NCBI RefSeq assembly: GCF_040938485.1 | Contig: NW_027270938.1 | Location: 2,356,001 to 2,420,000, forward strand | From: Diadema antillarum | Taxonomy: Eukaryota | Direction of reading: 5' to 3' | Length of the DNA: 64,000 nt | In this document: piece after piece, positions 12,235 to 25,300 of the stretch | Position numbering within the stretch: position 1 is the stretch's first letter | Layout: every line of letters starts with the position of its first letter | Notes under the pieces: model-generated | What the model saw: only the letters and a program-made list of their open reading frames with translations | Database searches by the model: none | What the model was told of the DNA's origin: nothing | Position numbers and translations under genes: made by a program

Positions 12235-13025
12235 AGAGCTGCATGTTATGAAAGTGCTTGAACTATACTCTCCTGGAAAGCCGATTTTATAACTTTCCCC
12301 CTCATTTCTGCTGAAATAAAACTGCTATGGTATATGCCTATAATACAATATTCGAGTATTGCTCTTTGTATAGTGCTATGTAAGCTAAGTGAACGGACGT
12401 GCCTAGTGTAATAATTGCGATTTTTTTTTATTTCTTCATTGTTTGTTTGTTTGTTTTTTGCGTAATTTCTATTCGTGCATCCTCATGTCTCAACCATACA
12501 TTGTATGCATAGTTCCTTCATACATGCACAGGTATGATAAACGCATTTATACATAATACACAAAAAACAAGACATTATACAATGAAGAAATCATAATGCC
12601 TCACATTACAAAACAACACAGAACATGTAGAGAGCGGATAGAAGAGATAAGAAAGAGCAGAGGAATAAAACGTTTGTGTGATAGTACACACCATTCAGGA
12701 CAGGACAGATGAAAACAAAATTAATACCACATGAATAATTTGATTATCTAAAGTTATATCTCGAAAGCAAATATTTTCTAAATTGTTATGTAAGGAATGT
12801 AACAGATTTGTTAAACTGTCATCTAAATCATTCCAAAGTTTGGGACCAGTGTAAACAAAATGTCCCATTATGCAATGAGACACGTCTAATTGATTGCCTT
12901 CTTATCTGTGAGGCACATCAAATCTGACACATAGTTCAAATATTTTTGAGTGGCGGCATCGAACATGGGTTCAAAGGGGATAGAAAAGTTAGTTGTGATA
13001 CAATGTTTTGAGCCTCCTTGTAATG
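12235..13025 (+). repeat. Old interspersed repeat, copy 3, interrupted by a LINE fragment
   Basis: 12235-12500 matches 44560-44790. 12865-13025 (TTATGCAATGAGACACG...TTCAAATATTTTTGAGTGGCGGC...GAGCCTCCTTG) matches 44880-45035. Confidence 0.7.
12540..12865 (-). mobile_element. 3' fragment of a CR1/L2-like LINE
   Basis: Minus-strand peptide FVYTGPKLWNDLDDSL resembles the C-terminus of CR1/L2-group ORF2. It is followed by a T/TG-rich tail and splits the old repeat in two. Confidence 0.55.
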
Positions 13026-13353
13026 TAATGATAAAATTCAAAACTTGCACTTTTACAACGCTGGCTGACACACCCCCGCCACTCCCAACACTGGAATGCT
13101 AGTCTGCTTTCCAGTTTTCATGTTTTTAAATTCAATTGTACACAAGTTCACAAATGTTGTATTGTTTACCCTCTTAAAAAAAGGAAATGTGATGCTCTAA
13201 TGACACGATATATCGTTTATACTTGTTACCTCAACAGTTTGTCGCATTGTAATAACAAAGATAGATAGATTCCTGAGTCTGTGATAGAAACTAAACAATG
13301 TTGATGCCCTCGATCACCGGATCAGCAGGTCAATGAACTCTCATGTAGTCAAT

Positions 13354-16300
13354 ATGGCGAATATTCTGCGAAATCTCCACAGATCAGTTTTGCGTATCTC
13401 AACAGCTCGAGCTCCAGTCTCAAGATTGGACAAGCATAGAGTTGAAGTTAAGGTAGGTGTACTCAGATCAATGATGAAATAAAGCTATGAACTGTGTTTT
13501 TTGACAATCTACGCTTGTTGGTAACATTTCTTTATCGAAGCGCGTCATCACATGATTTACTCGAGTTGTACCACCTTGCAGTCCCACATACTACATTTCA
13601 TGTAATGTCTCCGTTTGTCGTCGAGTAAATTTCTTTACGGCTACTACTACACAAGTACAGTGCTAGTTGTAGCTGCTAAAGTCCTACTTGTACAATGTAG
13701 ACTACAATTGTAGATCCTAAGTGCACGCAGCCGAAATTCTCAACGGCATATAAATATCACATGACATGGACATGGGTAAACTAAGAGCATAACACAATCA
13801 TTGGATATAGAATCTAGATATCACTTGATTGATATATTTCTAGAAATAGATTTTAACAAAGTCAGATTTGAATTTGTTTTAAAATAAGGTTATGACAATG
13901 AATAAGAGTAAGAATTAGACTTCGAGAGTCTGAACTTAAGGGCAAAGAATGCCTCTGAGCCTGAGGGAGCAACCATTTTTCTGTTTGCCTTCTTTGCAAA
14001 GCAACATGATATAGCTAGTATGGATGGAGTTTCCTTTGTCTTTAAATGTCCAATAGACACTGTAATGATAAGATCATTCTTTCTGTGGACAGCACAATGC
14101 CTTTGAGAAGTGATGTTAAAGATGATTTTAACTAGCAGTGCACTGTACGTACAGTACATGTATGTCCTCGCAGCAAATGTTTTAAATGGTACACTGTTAC
14201 ATGCCTGCACCTCAGCTCATACCATACCAGTACACTGATGCATCCCATGCTGACCTGTACTTTATCGAAAGAAGAAGAAAAAGAAAAAGCAGAATTTCCA
14301 TAAAATCAGTGGTTAAAACCTCCGAACTTTCAAGAATGATATTGCATGAAGTACTTGTGAAAAATGTAAATGGAATTTATAAACTTAAATCTTCTCTTTT
14401 CTCTATGTATACCCTCTCCATTCTTCTATGTGAAGAGTTTTGCAAGATGCATTTCAACATCACAACACCTGAATGTGGAGTTCTGTGAAAATGCTGCAGA
14501 TGCTGTCAAAGAGATTCCTGACAACTCGACCATCCTAGTGGGAGGTAAGACCAGAGACAATATAATATCTAGCATTATTGAAATTTTGTATGAATTGTTC
14601 TTACAAGAAAGGGTATCGAAAGCTCTGAGTCTGAGTGAAACTCTTTAACCCCATATATCATAAATTGGTTGGGCTATGTCCTACATTAACAGGAGATTTA
14701 ATCTTTTCGAGAATGGATAAAGAGTGATTCCAGTGCAATGGACAGGTTTAAAAGTGTGTGCAAAAGGAGACAGATATTAAGGGACAAGTTCACCTCAATA
14801 TGTGTGTGGACTGAGTAGCACTTCAGTAGAACACATCAGTAAAAGTTTGAGGAAAGTCAGACAGTTCAAAAGTTATTAATTTTTACAGTTTCAGTGTCGT
14901 TGTTAGTGGATAGAACTTAGACTACTACAGTGTAGTAGAAATACTACTACAAAAAACTACCAAAAAAAAAAAAAAATAATCCCAAAGTGGACATAAACAA
15001 TTTTGCTGTTGAAGTCATGCGTACCATTTCTATGTGCCATAGACCTTCCCTACTCTACAATCCTATGTAATAAGAGTTAGACTTCAAGTATGACAAGTTG
15101 ACAGATGTTCTCTCTAATTTTGATCAATTATTTCCATCAGGTTTTGGACTATGTGGCATCCCAGAGAATCTCATCCAAGGTTTATTAGATGCAGGGGTCA
15201 AAGGCATCACAGCAGTCAGCAACAATGCAGGGTGAGCAACAAGATGAAATACTATAGACGGCAAATTACTTCACAAACATGATATTTATTGAATTGGGAA
15301 TTGTAAGGCAATTTTGTTTACGGTTGACTTTCGAGTATGGTACTGCTTGGATTTGCTTCTCATGTGTATGTAATAGGCTAGGCATTTTTGTACAGCTGCT
15401 ACCTGCTCATGAATGTTGTATCAATGTACATTATTATCCTCCGATACTTAGTACTCACATAACTGAAGGGCGATATTTTGGTGGGTTGTTACATTCTTGA
15501 ATATGAAACCACCATAAAATATCCAGCATCCACAGTAATTGGCTATGATTTCAATTTGCCCATTTGTAGATGATATGATTTAGCTGTGGCAAGCATTTTC
15601 ATGGGGTCAAAGCGTGAGTATACTCCAGGGGAACAGGTCCTGAATGAATTGAAAAATGTGTGTCCGCAATATTTTCTAGGTTCCTCCCTTGCGTTTCTTT
15701 AAAAATGGTATCACTTTGATGGGCCATGAAAATTGTAATAGCTGTCACATCGTTCAGACAATAATCAGTTAATGAGTGGTAATCGGAAGAAATATCGTCA
15801 AAAAATTGTGTATAAAGGTGAATGACATTTATACCCATGCACACATTTGTTCCAATGACAAATGATTACATCAGACTAACTTCGTTATCCCTACAATTTT
15901 TTTTTTCTTTATCTTGTGCCACCTCATGTTTCCTTTGTGGCGCAGCGTTGATGACTTTGGCCTGGGTTTGCTGCTCCAGACAAGACAGATCAAGAGGATG
16001 GTGTCGTCCTATGTCGGCGAGAATGCTGAGTTTGAGAGGCAGTACCTCTCTGGAGAGCTAGAAGTGGAGCTTACACCACAGGTTGGCTTTTTTTTTTACA
16101 GTCCTTCTTGAAGCTTATTCTGTCCAAATTTGCCATGTCACATGATAGATAAAAATTAAAAAGAGAACCAAAGAAAAAGCCATGTGACCTTGAATGAAAA
16201 AATGATGGAATATAGATGAATGAATAGGGGCAAGTCCAAGATAAGGTCCCCTCAGAAGGCAAAATTTCATCTATGCTCGATGTTGACATGTTTGGTATCA

Positions 16301-19300
16301 TTTTGAAGCTTATGAGTTGAAGTTTTGATTTCCATGGAGGAAAAAATGATATTATGTAAATTTATGCAAATTTCAAGGGCTTCATTTGCATAAATGTGAA
16401 ACACAGCGTTACGTATGGGACATTTATAAAAATTCATATTAATTCAAAGGAAAGCAAATGATATTTTATTAATATGTGGACATAAGAAGTTCATCACATA
16501 GTTTAACTTTGTATGAAAATTTAGGGATTATGCAAATGATTATGCAAATTAGCTCGTGTCCTATCATGAGATGTCCCATACGTAACAAAATGAGGTCATT
16601 TTTTTAGGTTTTTTCTGAAATTGCTATGGTTATTTTAATGCCCTTTTGGAAAGTTCTAATTTATTGTTTAGAGAAATCAAATACCAGAGAAAAAAGAAAA
16701 AAAAAGTAAAAGAAATATTTTTTATTAGGCATTAAAATAATGTGACGTATGGGAAAAATGCGTTACGTATGGGACATCCTCATACATATTGCATGTGAAT
16801 GCATGTAGCAAGCTGGGAAGGTCTCTCAGTACACAAATGGTCTATCATCCTGAAGAAAGCATCCCAACATTGTAGCTACTTTTTGAGTTATAGACACTTG
16901 AAACAATACATGAACTTGACTGAACAATTTTCAGAAAGGGGGAGGGGAAAATGGCAAAATACACAATGAAAAATCAACATTAAAGGGATGGTATAGTTTT
17001 TTGTAGAAATGGGGATTCAGTTTTCAACATTTAAAGAGATGATTGGAAACCAATTACTGAATTACTTAAGAGCATAAAATCCTAAGACTAGAGGAATTCA
17101 AAGTTTATGTGATGGAGATCCAATTTGAAATGGTTGTGATATATATAGAAAAAAAAAATAAAAAGTAAAATGATTTTTTTTTTTATTGCAAGTGATACAC
17201 AAATTGTCCTTATTCAGTTTTCAGTAGTAGCCACAACAAAATTCATGGGTATACAATACATACTGAGGTGTGACTCGAATCAATGACCTGACTGCTAGAC
17301 GGCCATCATATATCTCCTCGATCACTGGGGTTCCACGCAGCAGGTATTGCTTATTTATTAAACTTAATATTTCTTGTGTCAAGTTGTTTTTCATTGAAAC
17401 TAAATGGCAAACTGCCCTTCATCAATGGAAGTAAACACTTTATTAAACTATTCAATTTTTTCAGTAGTAACTATCCTGATAAAAATAGGGCATACATACT
17501 CAGGTTGGTCATAAAAAATATAGAATATGATTGAATGTGATTATGATGGTAAATATCTGGGGAATATTGTTCCCTTGTCAATCTGGATCAGTATTTGAGT
17601 AATTTCAACTGATTCCACCTCAATAATTATGCAAAAATTTGTTTATGGGTATTTTGCAAAATTATTTTGCAAAATACCCATAAACATGGTTCCCCACACA
17701 CTAAACGAATGGGGGACAAAGGGCATGCATACCCAGGTTGGTCATGAAAATATAAAAATATGACTGAATATGATTATGATGGTGAATATTTGGGGAATAT
17801 TGTTTCCTTGACAATCTGGATCGGTATTTGAGTAGTTTCAACTGATTTTACTTCAATAATTATGCAAAATACCCATAAACATGGTTCTTCACACACTAAA
17901 TGAATGGGGGACAAACTGTCCCATACGTAACTGTCCCATACGTAACACGTCATGTCTGTCTTTGATTAGAACCTGTCATTAGAGCTTTTTGCCTAATGAC
18001 ATGAAACTTACCTGTGATAATCTTGAGTGTTGTGACTTTCATCACAGTGAGTTACAAGTTGTAGAATGATATACTTTCAGAGAGTTTTGAGGTTGAAAAA
18101 AATGTTCAAAAAAACAAAATTTTTCTGGTCCCATACGTAACGGCACATATTTTCTCTTCTAGAATATAATTGTCAAGGTCATTTTTTCCAATTTTTTACA
18201 TGATTATACTTCTTCTAGATATCAATCACCATGATGAAGTTCAATATGATCAAAGGCCATTAACACTATTTTTCAGGTCATAAAAGTCTCTGAATGTCCC
18301 ATACGTAACGTGCGCGTTATCTTGGACTTGCCCATAGATGAATGAATGAATGAATGAATAGATGAATGAATTTAAAAAAAAAGAATAGCATCTCTGCTTC
18401 TTTTACCCACCATTGATCCTCTATACTCCACTGGTTTTGATAGAGTTACTCTTAAAGTGAAAATTTTTGTGCAAGAAAAAACTGCAAACTGACAGATTGC
18501 AGATGATGGACAAACCAATTTGTCAATCAATTTGTCAGTCAGTTGCACTCAAACAAGTTGTAAGAATGATTAATTTGAATAAAACTTTCAGATCATCCCC
18601 CAATGATTTTACAGAGAGAAGTTCGTAGTAGAGTGGTAGGAATTGAAAATTGATTGCTTATCATAGCTAAGTAAAATCTGTGCACGTTTATTATTTCTTT
18701 CACCTCTCTGATCCTCTCCCCCTCCCCTTGATATATGTATTGAATTCTCTCACTGATGTTGGCTGTTAATACCCAACACTTTTTATTCAGATGTAAATGC
18801 ATACTGCAGGGCCTGACTATAACTTTTTTTCTCTCTCTCCGATGGCCCATTGGGGCCACTAAAATCTTTGAATTTTGATTTTTGGTCCCCCGAAAAAAAG
18901 AAATGTTGTGGTCTGAAATTTATGTTAAATATTAGATGCCCGGTCAGGCCACCAAGAAATAGCCTTTTTTGAAGTTTGGTGGCCTAACATTAATTTATAG
19001 TGGTCCTGGGCCACAGTGTTACGACTAGTGTCAAGCCCTGCATTCTTTATATATGTGCACTTGTTGATAAATAGCATATGAAGGCATATCATCATGACAC
19101 AAAGTCAGTGGGTTAAATGATATTGTTAGCTGCACTGTTAATTACATTTACTTTATGCTCTTGATAAATATATGGAGTGACATAATGTCCCACTGTTATG
19201 TGATTAAGTGAGTGTGTGAGTGCATACATTGTTTTCCCTGTGCATTTAAGGGCACACTTGCTGAGAGGATACGAGCAGGAGGGGCGGGGGTGCCCGCTTT

Positions 19301-22300
19301 CTTCACCCCCACCGGGTATGGCACCTTGGTGCATCTTGGGGGATCCCCCATCAAGTACAATGAAGACGGGTCGGTAGCAATAACCAGTGATCCAAGGGAG
19401 GTAAGTGGAGGGGAAAGTGCCATCTTTAATGGATGTTGGACTTCATATATAATATACCATGCCATACCCCAGGGTACCTACCATCACACCCCAGGGTACT
19501 GCCACACCCCAGATTAAGGCATTGTGCAGTGCACTTCTTGTGCGTAATTAACAGTACACATTTAGTTACACACTGCCATCATAATGGCCAAATTTTAGCA
19601 GTTGGTGACAATGATCCTACTACTAATTCAGCCCTAATTTGACTTCTTCTTTTTTTTTTCTACAGTAATTACAATGATTACAATACTTTTTACATATTTT
19701 GAAAACTTATGTTTTTACAATCTTGAACATTAATTCAGAAGGAAACCATATCAATCAGAATCCACAAATTTGTCCCTTGATTACTCATTTTATGTCTTCT
19801 GTGGACTGATAATGCATAGTGCAGTGCAGCTGTATGTGTATGACACTGAGATCATTGGCATAGTGTCTGATAGGGTGCGATGTTATGATGCTGCTGTATG
19901 AACACTGCTGAGTTCATTGTTGCAACAGTTTTCTTCCACAATGCACTAGAATTTACTGTCACCCTGTTTTTTTTTTTTTGTTTGTTTTTTTTGGTAACCC
20001 AGGGTATGGCACTGGAAAAAGAAAATACTTCAGCAAAAAGGCAGATTTCTGTTTGGTATCCCAGGGTACCAACAACCATTTCATATGCGGATTCATGTAT
20101 GCAGATTGATTCATGATATATGTGATAAGGAGGCCGATTTATATCAGTGTGATAATGCAAAATATATGTTAAATGCATTATCCCGGTCATGTTTAAAGTG
20201 CAACTGTCATTCAATTTGATCAGTCCTCCATTTCTAATAGGCCCTGTATAGTTTGAAAATGAAAGCAAAGTTTTGGGGTGTGAGAGCATTCCTTTGGCCT
20301 AAGTGTACATCATTTGGTATCGCTGGCTTTAATAGTACCCCTGACATATTAAGAGATATAAAATCTATCACACTTGCTGAAGATGTGCGATGCTAGTGTG
20401 ATGGTAATGTAGTCTGCCCCCACCATCATTAAGAAATTTCTGGCTTTATTATTCTGAGGAAGATCTGAATTACCTAACTCTACAATGTACATGCTTATGA
20501 ATGATACCTAAATTTTAAAACTTCATAACTTTTGAATGGATTGTCTGATTTTCCTCAAACTTTCCCTGATGAGTTATAATGCCGGTTTCACTTAATCTGT
20601 AATTATGTTTAGGTTTTGGTTTCCTTTAAATAGCAGTATGATAATCATGAAAATCAGCTACTTCTGGAGAGTAAAGGGTATTCTGGCAAGTAAGTCTCAC
20701 ACTGCATATATAGCATGACATAACCTACCAGTCACCCAAGCACATTTCTTTCCCTGCAGACGAGAATATTCAATGGCATCAACTACATCATGGAACAAGC
20801 CATCACGGGCGACTTCTCGCTGATTAAAGCGTGGAAGGCAGACAGGGCGGGGAATCTCATCTTCCGAAAAACAGCGAGAAACTTCAACTCACCCATGGCC
20901 CGGGCTTCCAAGATCACCATTGCAGAAGTGAGTTGATGCCACTGACCCCTAAAGATACGAGCAGATTTTTTTTTTTTTTTTTTTTTTTAAACAGTTAACG
21001 TGTTGGTTGCTGAGGATGGAGGTAGAGGGCAGACTTGTAAATCAGCTCATTGACTTTATTCTGAATTGTTAATATATGCATTTTTCTTTTCTAACTTAAA
21101 CTGAATGCATTGAAATGATTTTTTTAAATGTCTTTTTGATATTTAATGATTGTATATGCATAAATGATATTGTTGTTTCATATCTTTAGACGTAATCTCA
21201 TATCCAGATGGAATTTGATTTGATTTTTTTGTCCAAATTTAACTTTGTATAGGATATATTTGTATGCATATACTGGGATATGAGTTGCTTTAATATGAAA
21301 TTGAAGCATTGAAGAAAAGGGGGAGGGGGAAGAATATCATTGAATACTGTTATCACCATAAGGGCATAGAAGTGACTGTAAAGAACAATGCAATTGTACT
21401 AACTGGCAAAGCTGCAAGCAAATTTAAAAAAGCAAACATTATTCAGCTGCTGATATCATTGGTGTGTGCTTTGTGATGGACATGACAAACTCACCAGGTG
21501 AGTAGGGTTTCTATGGTTACCACATGTGTAGAAATAGTTGCATGGTTGCTGTTGCTGGCAGAACACAGCATGAGATGAGATGAAGAATGCGATATTTGCC
21601 AAATACACAACAAGTAGTATTCATCAAACTCAGATTGTGTTCCCTATAAGGCTTGGACAATCTACTGTAGTTGTGGCTGTATGTTATGATATAATTTGTG
21701 AAGTCATTGTTGTAAGTGTGTTTGATTTGTCTTTGCCTTTGTTTCAGGTGGAAGAGATCGTGGATGTAGATTCATTTGCTCCTGAAAACATCCATGTGCC
21801 AAGTATCTTTGTCAACAAGGTCATTCTAGGGAAGAACTACGTCAAGAGAATTGAGGTGAGTCTATCATATGGATTGCTTAGTGTGCATCGATGGAGAATA
21901 CACATATATCTTGAGTATAAGGAAAGCCAAGTGGTGATTGCCCCTGTTCATAAAGGCATGCACAAGTTCAATAGTTGATGATGGGTTTAGTTATTTCAAA
22001 ATATATATGAAATGCGACTCCATGGATTAACATGTATTCGCAGTCAAAGCTGAGAAAAGGTAACAGCATGATAATATATTGATTGCAATAATAATGCTGA
22101 TAGATGATCCTGATTATAGTGATACTTATGCTAATTATAACAATAATACCCTGTGGTAGTTACAATACTAGTTCTAGTATAGTATGTTTTTATTGATATT
22201 TATTTATGTACAGTAATATTTTTAATTATTATTAGTATCATCATCATTATTGTTATTATTGTATTGCATCTCACATGGACAGAGGCTAACACTGACCAAG

Positions 22301-25300
22301 GATAAGTCTGCCGACGGGGAGGAGGCTAAGAGCCCAGCAGCCCTGCTGAGGGAGAGGATCATCCGCAGGGCTGCCGTGGAGTTCACGGATGGCATGTATG
22401 GTATCCTTTGAATGGAGTTTGCCAGAGTGTGGCATGGGTAATGCTTGTGGGAGGGGGGATTCTTTCAGGGGTGCGTGATTCTACTCCACAATATCTGCAG
22501 CATGATATTAAATCTCGATACCATCACCATTGTTATCATATTACTGTTATTATCGATATTATTTTGTATTGTTGCTTATGTTCTGTATGCTATATTATTG
22601 TTTTTAACCTATCATTTCTGCTTTGCTTCTTTCGCTCGATATGGTAAGATGTTTTCATAAAGCTGTCTGCAATGTCTCATCTGTTTGGAAGTTTGACCAG
22701 GGCTGGTCGTTTTAGGAAGTGCGCTGGCACACAATCCTGTATGTATAGTATAATGTTTACTTTCAACGCTGCACACTGGTACTGGTCCGATGGTCCCTGA
22801 CCAGTAAAAATCACTGTCAGACCAGTAACTTTTTCAGGAACGGACCAGTAAAGAATGGTAAATCTGGGTACCTACTGGTCCAGCAGACAGGTTGAACCAG
22901 TAGAAAAAAATGGGTTAATGTACAGCCTTCATCATCAAATCTTTAAAATAAAATTATTCATTTTTTGTGTTTATGTAGATATGTATATTTTTATTGTTAG
23001 ACCAGGAAGGGGAGGAGGTAAAATGTCATGTAGCATGACTTTTTACGATTGATGTAACCAGGCTTGGATCATCAGATTGTGTCCTGTTTGTCCTTGATGT
23101 GAAATGTTCCCTCAGCAAATCTTGGTATTGGCATACCCATGCTGGCAAGCAACTACATCAAGCCAGGAATCCGGGTTTTGCTGCAGAGTGAGAATGGCGT
23201 CCTGGGATTGGTGAGTTCGTACGTCTCCTGTACCTTTCCTTAGACTTTTGCTTTCTGCAGTTTTCAATGCATCATTTTGGAGCAGGTCACTGCAGTCAAT
23301 AAAGGTTTTATATAACTCTTTGAAAGCTAGTCTTCAGACATTTGGAGCACTGATAATGCAAACTTTGATAGCGGTGTGTTCAAATTGGCAATTCTCGAAA
23401 ATGTGTGTTCCATAACAGCCTGAAGTTTTTGCATCTCTCATGTCACAAACTTTTACTTTTACTTTTAAGATGTTTAAGTGTTGTGTTCTTTTATTCAAAG
23501 TTTATTTTATATTGACATTGAATATTTTCATTACTTGTAGCTAGCATGTCATCAATCTTGTATTTAATCTTTTGTATAAGATCCTTGTTTGCTCTAATGT
23601 TCAAGGTTTTTGTTTTAACCCGTTGAAGACTAGTCCCCCGTACACTCGGGCAGATGTCTATGGAAAATGTGTGTTATAGCAAAATCAGCTCATTCTGAAT
23701 GGGCTAACTAATGAAAGGGTTTGTGATGCACGTAAATATTTGTATGTGCAAGTTGTATGAGGCTTTACTTACAAACTGGTATTCATGTATGCATTTCTAT
23801 TCTGAGTTCTATCAGCTTGTAGTCACCATTGTCCTTGCACCTATCACTATATCCAGGGTCCGTTTCCCAGGGAGGGTGAGCAGGACCCTGATCTGATCAA
23901 TGCAGGCAAGGAGACGGTCACAGTCCTACCGGGAGCCAGCTACTTTGGTAGCGACGACTCGTTTGCCATGATCAGGGGGTGAGACACAGTCATCAAGTCA
24001 AGACCAATCTCGTTTGCCATGTCCACTGCTTACTATTGAATTGTCTGATATTTTCTTCAGTTTTCATATCATCACTTGTAAATATAAATTGTGCAATCTG
24101 GTGCGTACTAAATATAGTATTTTGGCCTATTCTGGTAAAAATAGTATTGTCTCAGAATGTGACTTTTTTGCTGCTCTCTTTAACCCGTTGAGGACAGAGT
24201 AATTTTGCTGCAACACGCATTTCCTGTAGACACCTGCCCAAATATACTAGGGACTCCTCCGCAATGGGTTAATAAAGAATTTTGACATGCTTTAACCCGT
24301 TGAGGATGAGTCCCGAGTATACTCGGGAAAGTGTCTATGGGAAATGCGTGATGTAATAAAATCAGTCTGTCCTCAATGGGTTAATAATGAGGCACAAGAA
24401 AAAGGTTTGTCAGGCAAGTGAGCTAAGAAAGACCCCCGGGGCCGGAGTCTCACACAGAGTTCATGAGACTTGGTAGGTCTGTAGTAACATGCAACTATTG
24501 TAAAACTTAAAATTTGTGCATGCATGAAACTTTTGTGTTGTGAGGAGCCAAGATTTGCAAAAGTAAAATGCATGCAAAAGTGTGTGATTACACAATGCTT
24601 TGAGTGCCAGGGGTGATTCCAGAAAGTTTCACGCTGTAAATGTTTCTGGTTTAATAGCATTTTGGAGTTCTAAATTTTGTACAAAGATAAACTCACACAC
24701 AAATTTTTCAACAAATGTACCAAATGGAAATTGACCCAGCCCAAAGAATTACTTGCAGAAATGTTTCCTCTTCACGGTACCAGTATTTATTTATGAGAAA
24801 TGAGAAACATACACTATATCTGTTTTTTCTTTTTTTTTCAGTGGTCACATTGACTTGACTGTTCTGGGTGCCATGCAAGTGTCCAAGTATGGTGATCTAG
24901 CCAATTGGATGATCCCAGTGAGTGAATCCTGAACTCTTTATCACTTCAGAGTGAAACCAGGTTTTCTCCATCCAAGTACACAGGGAATGCATTTGTACAT
25001 TGTTTAAGAAACTGAAGTGCCTTAGTATACTCTGGTGTATGAGGCGCTTTCATATATAAGATGCAGCCATTTTTTTTCTCCCCCCCCCCCCCCCCCCCCC
25101 CCCCCCTGACAAACAGAATGAAGGTCTTCTGGCCGCTTGTCCGGATTGTTCTTCTACTCTTTACTGTATGCACTCGTAGGCTACAGTTTGGTGATGTCCA
25201 GAAACTACATATATTTCCTCCCTACGTTCAGCAACATTCAAATGTGAATTTCATTTTTTCCCGCTGTTTTATGACATTTTTACCAATGGAAAGAGCAAGT

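Noticed and set aside
20565-20572. CTGATGAG hammerhead core-like motif
   Set aside because: No stem II/GAAA partner nearby; it sits in the end of a Kolobok-like repeat.
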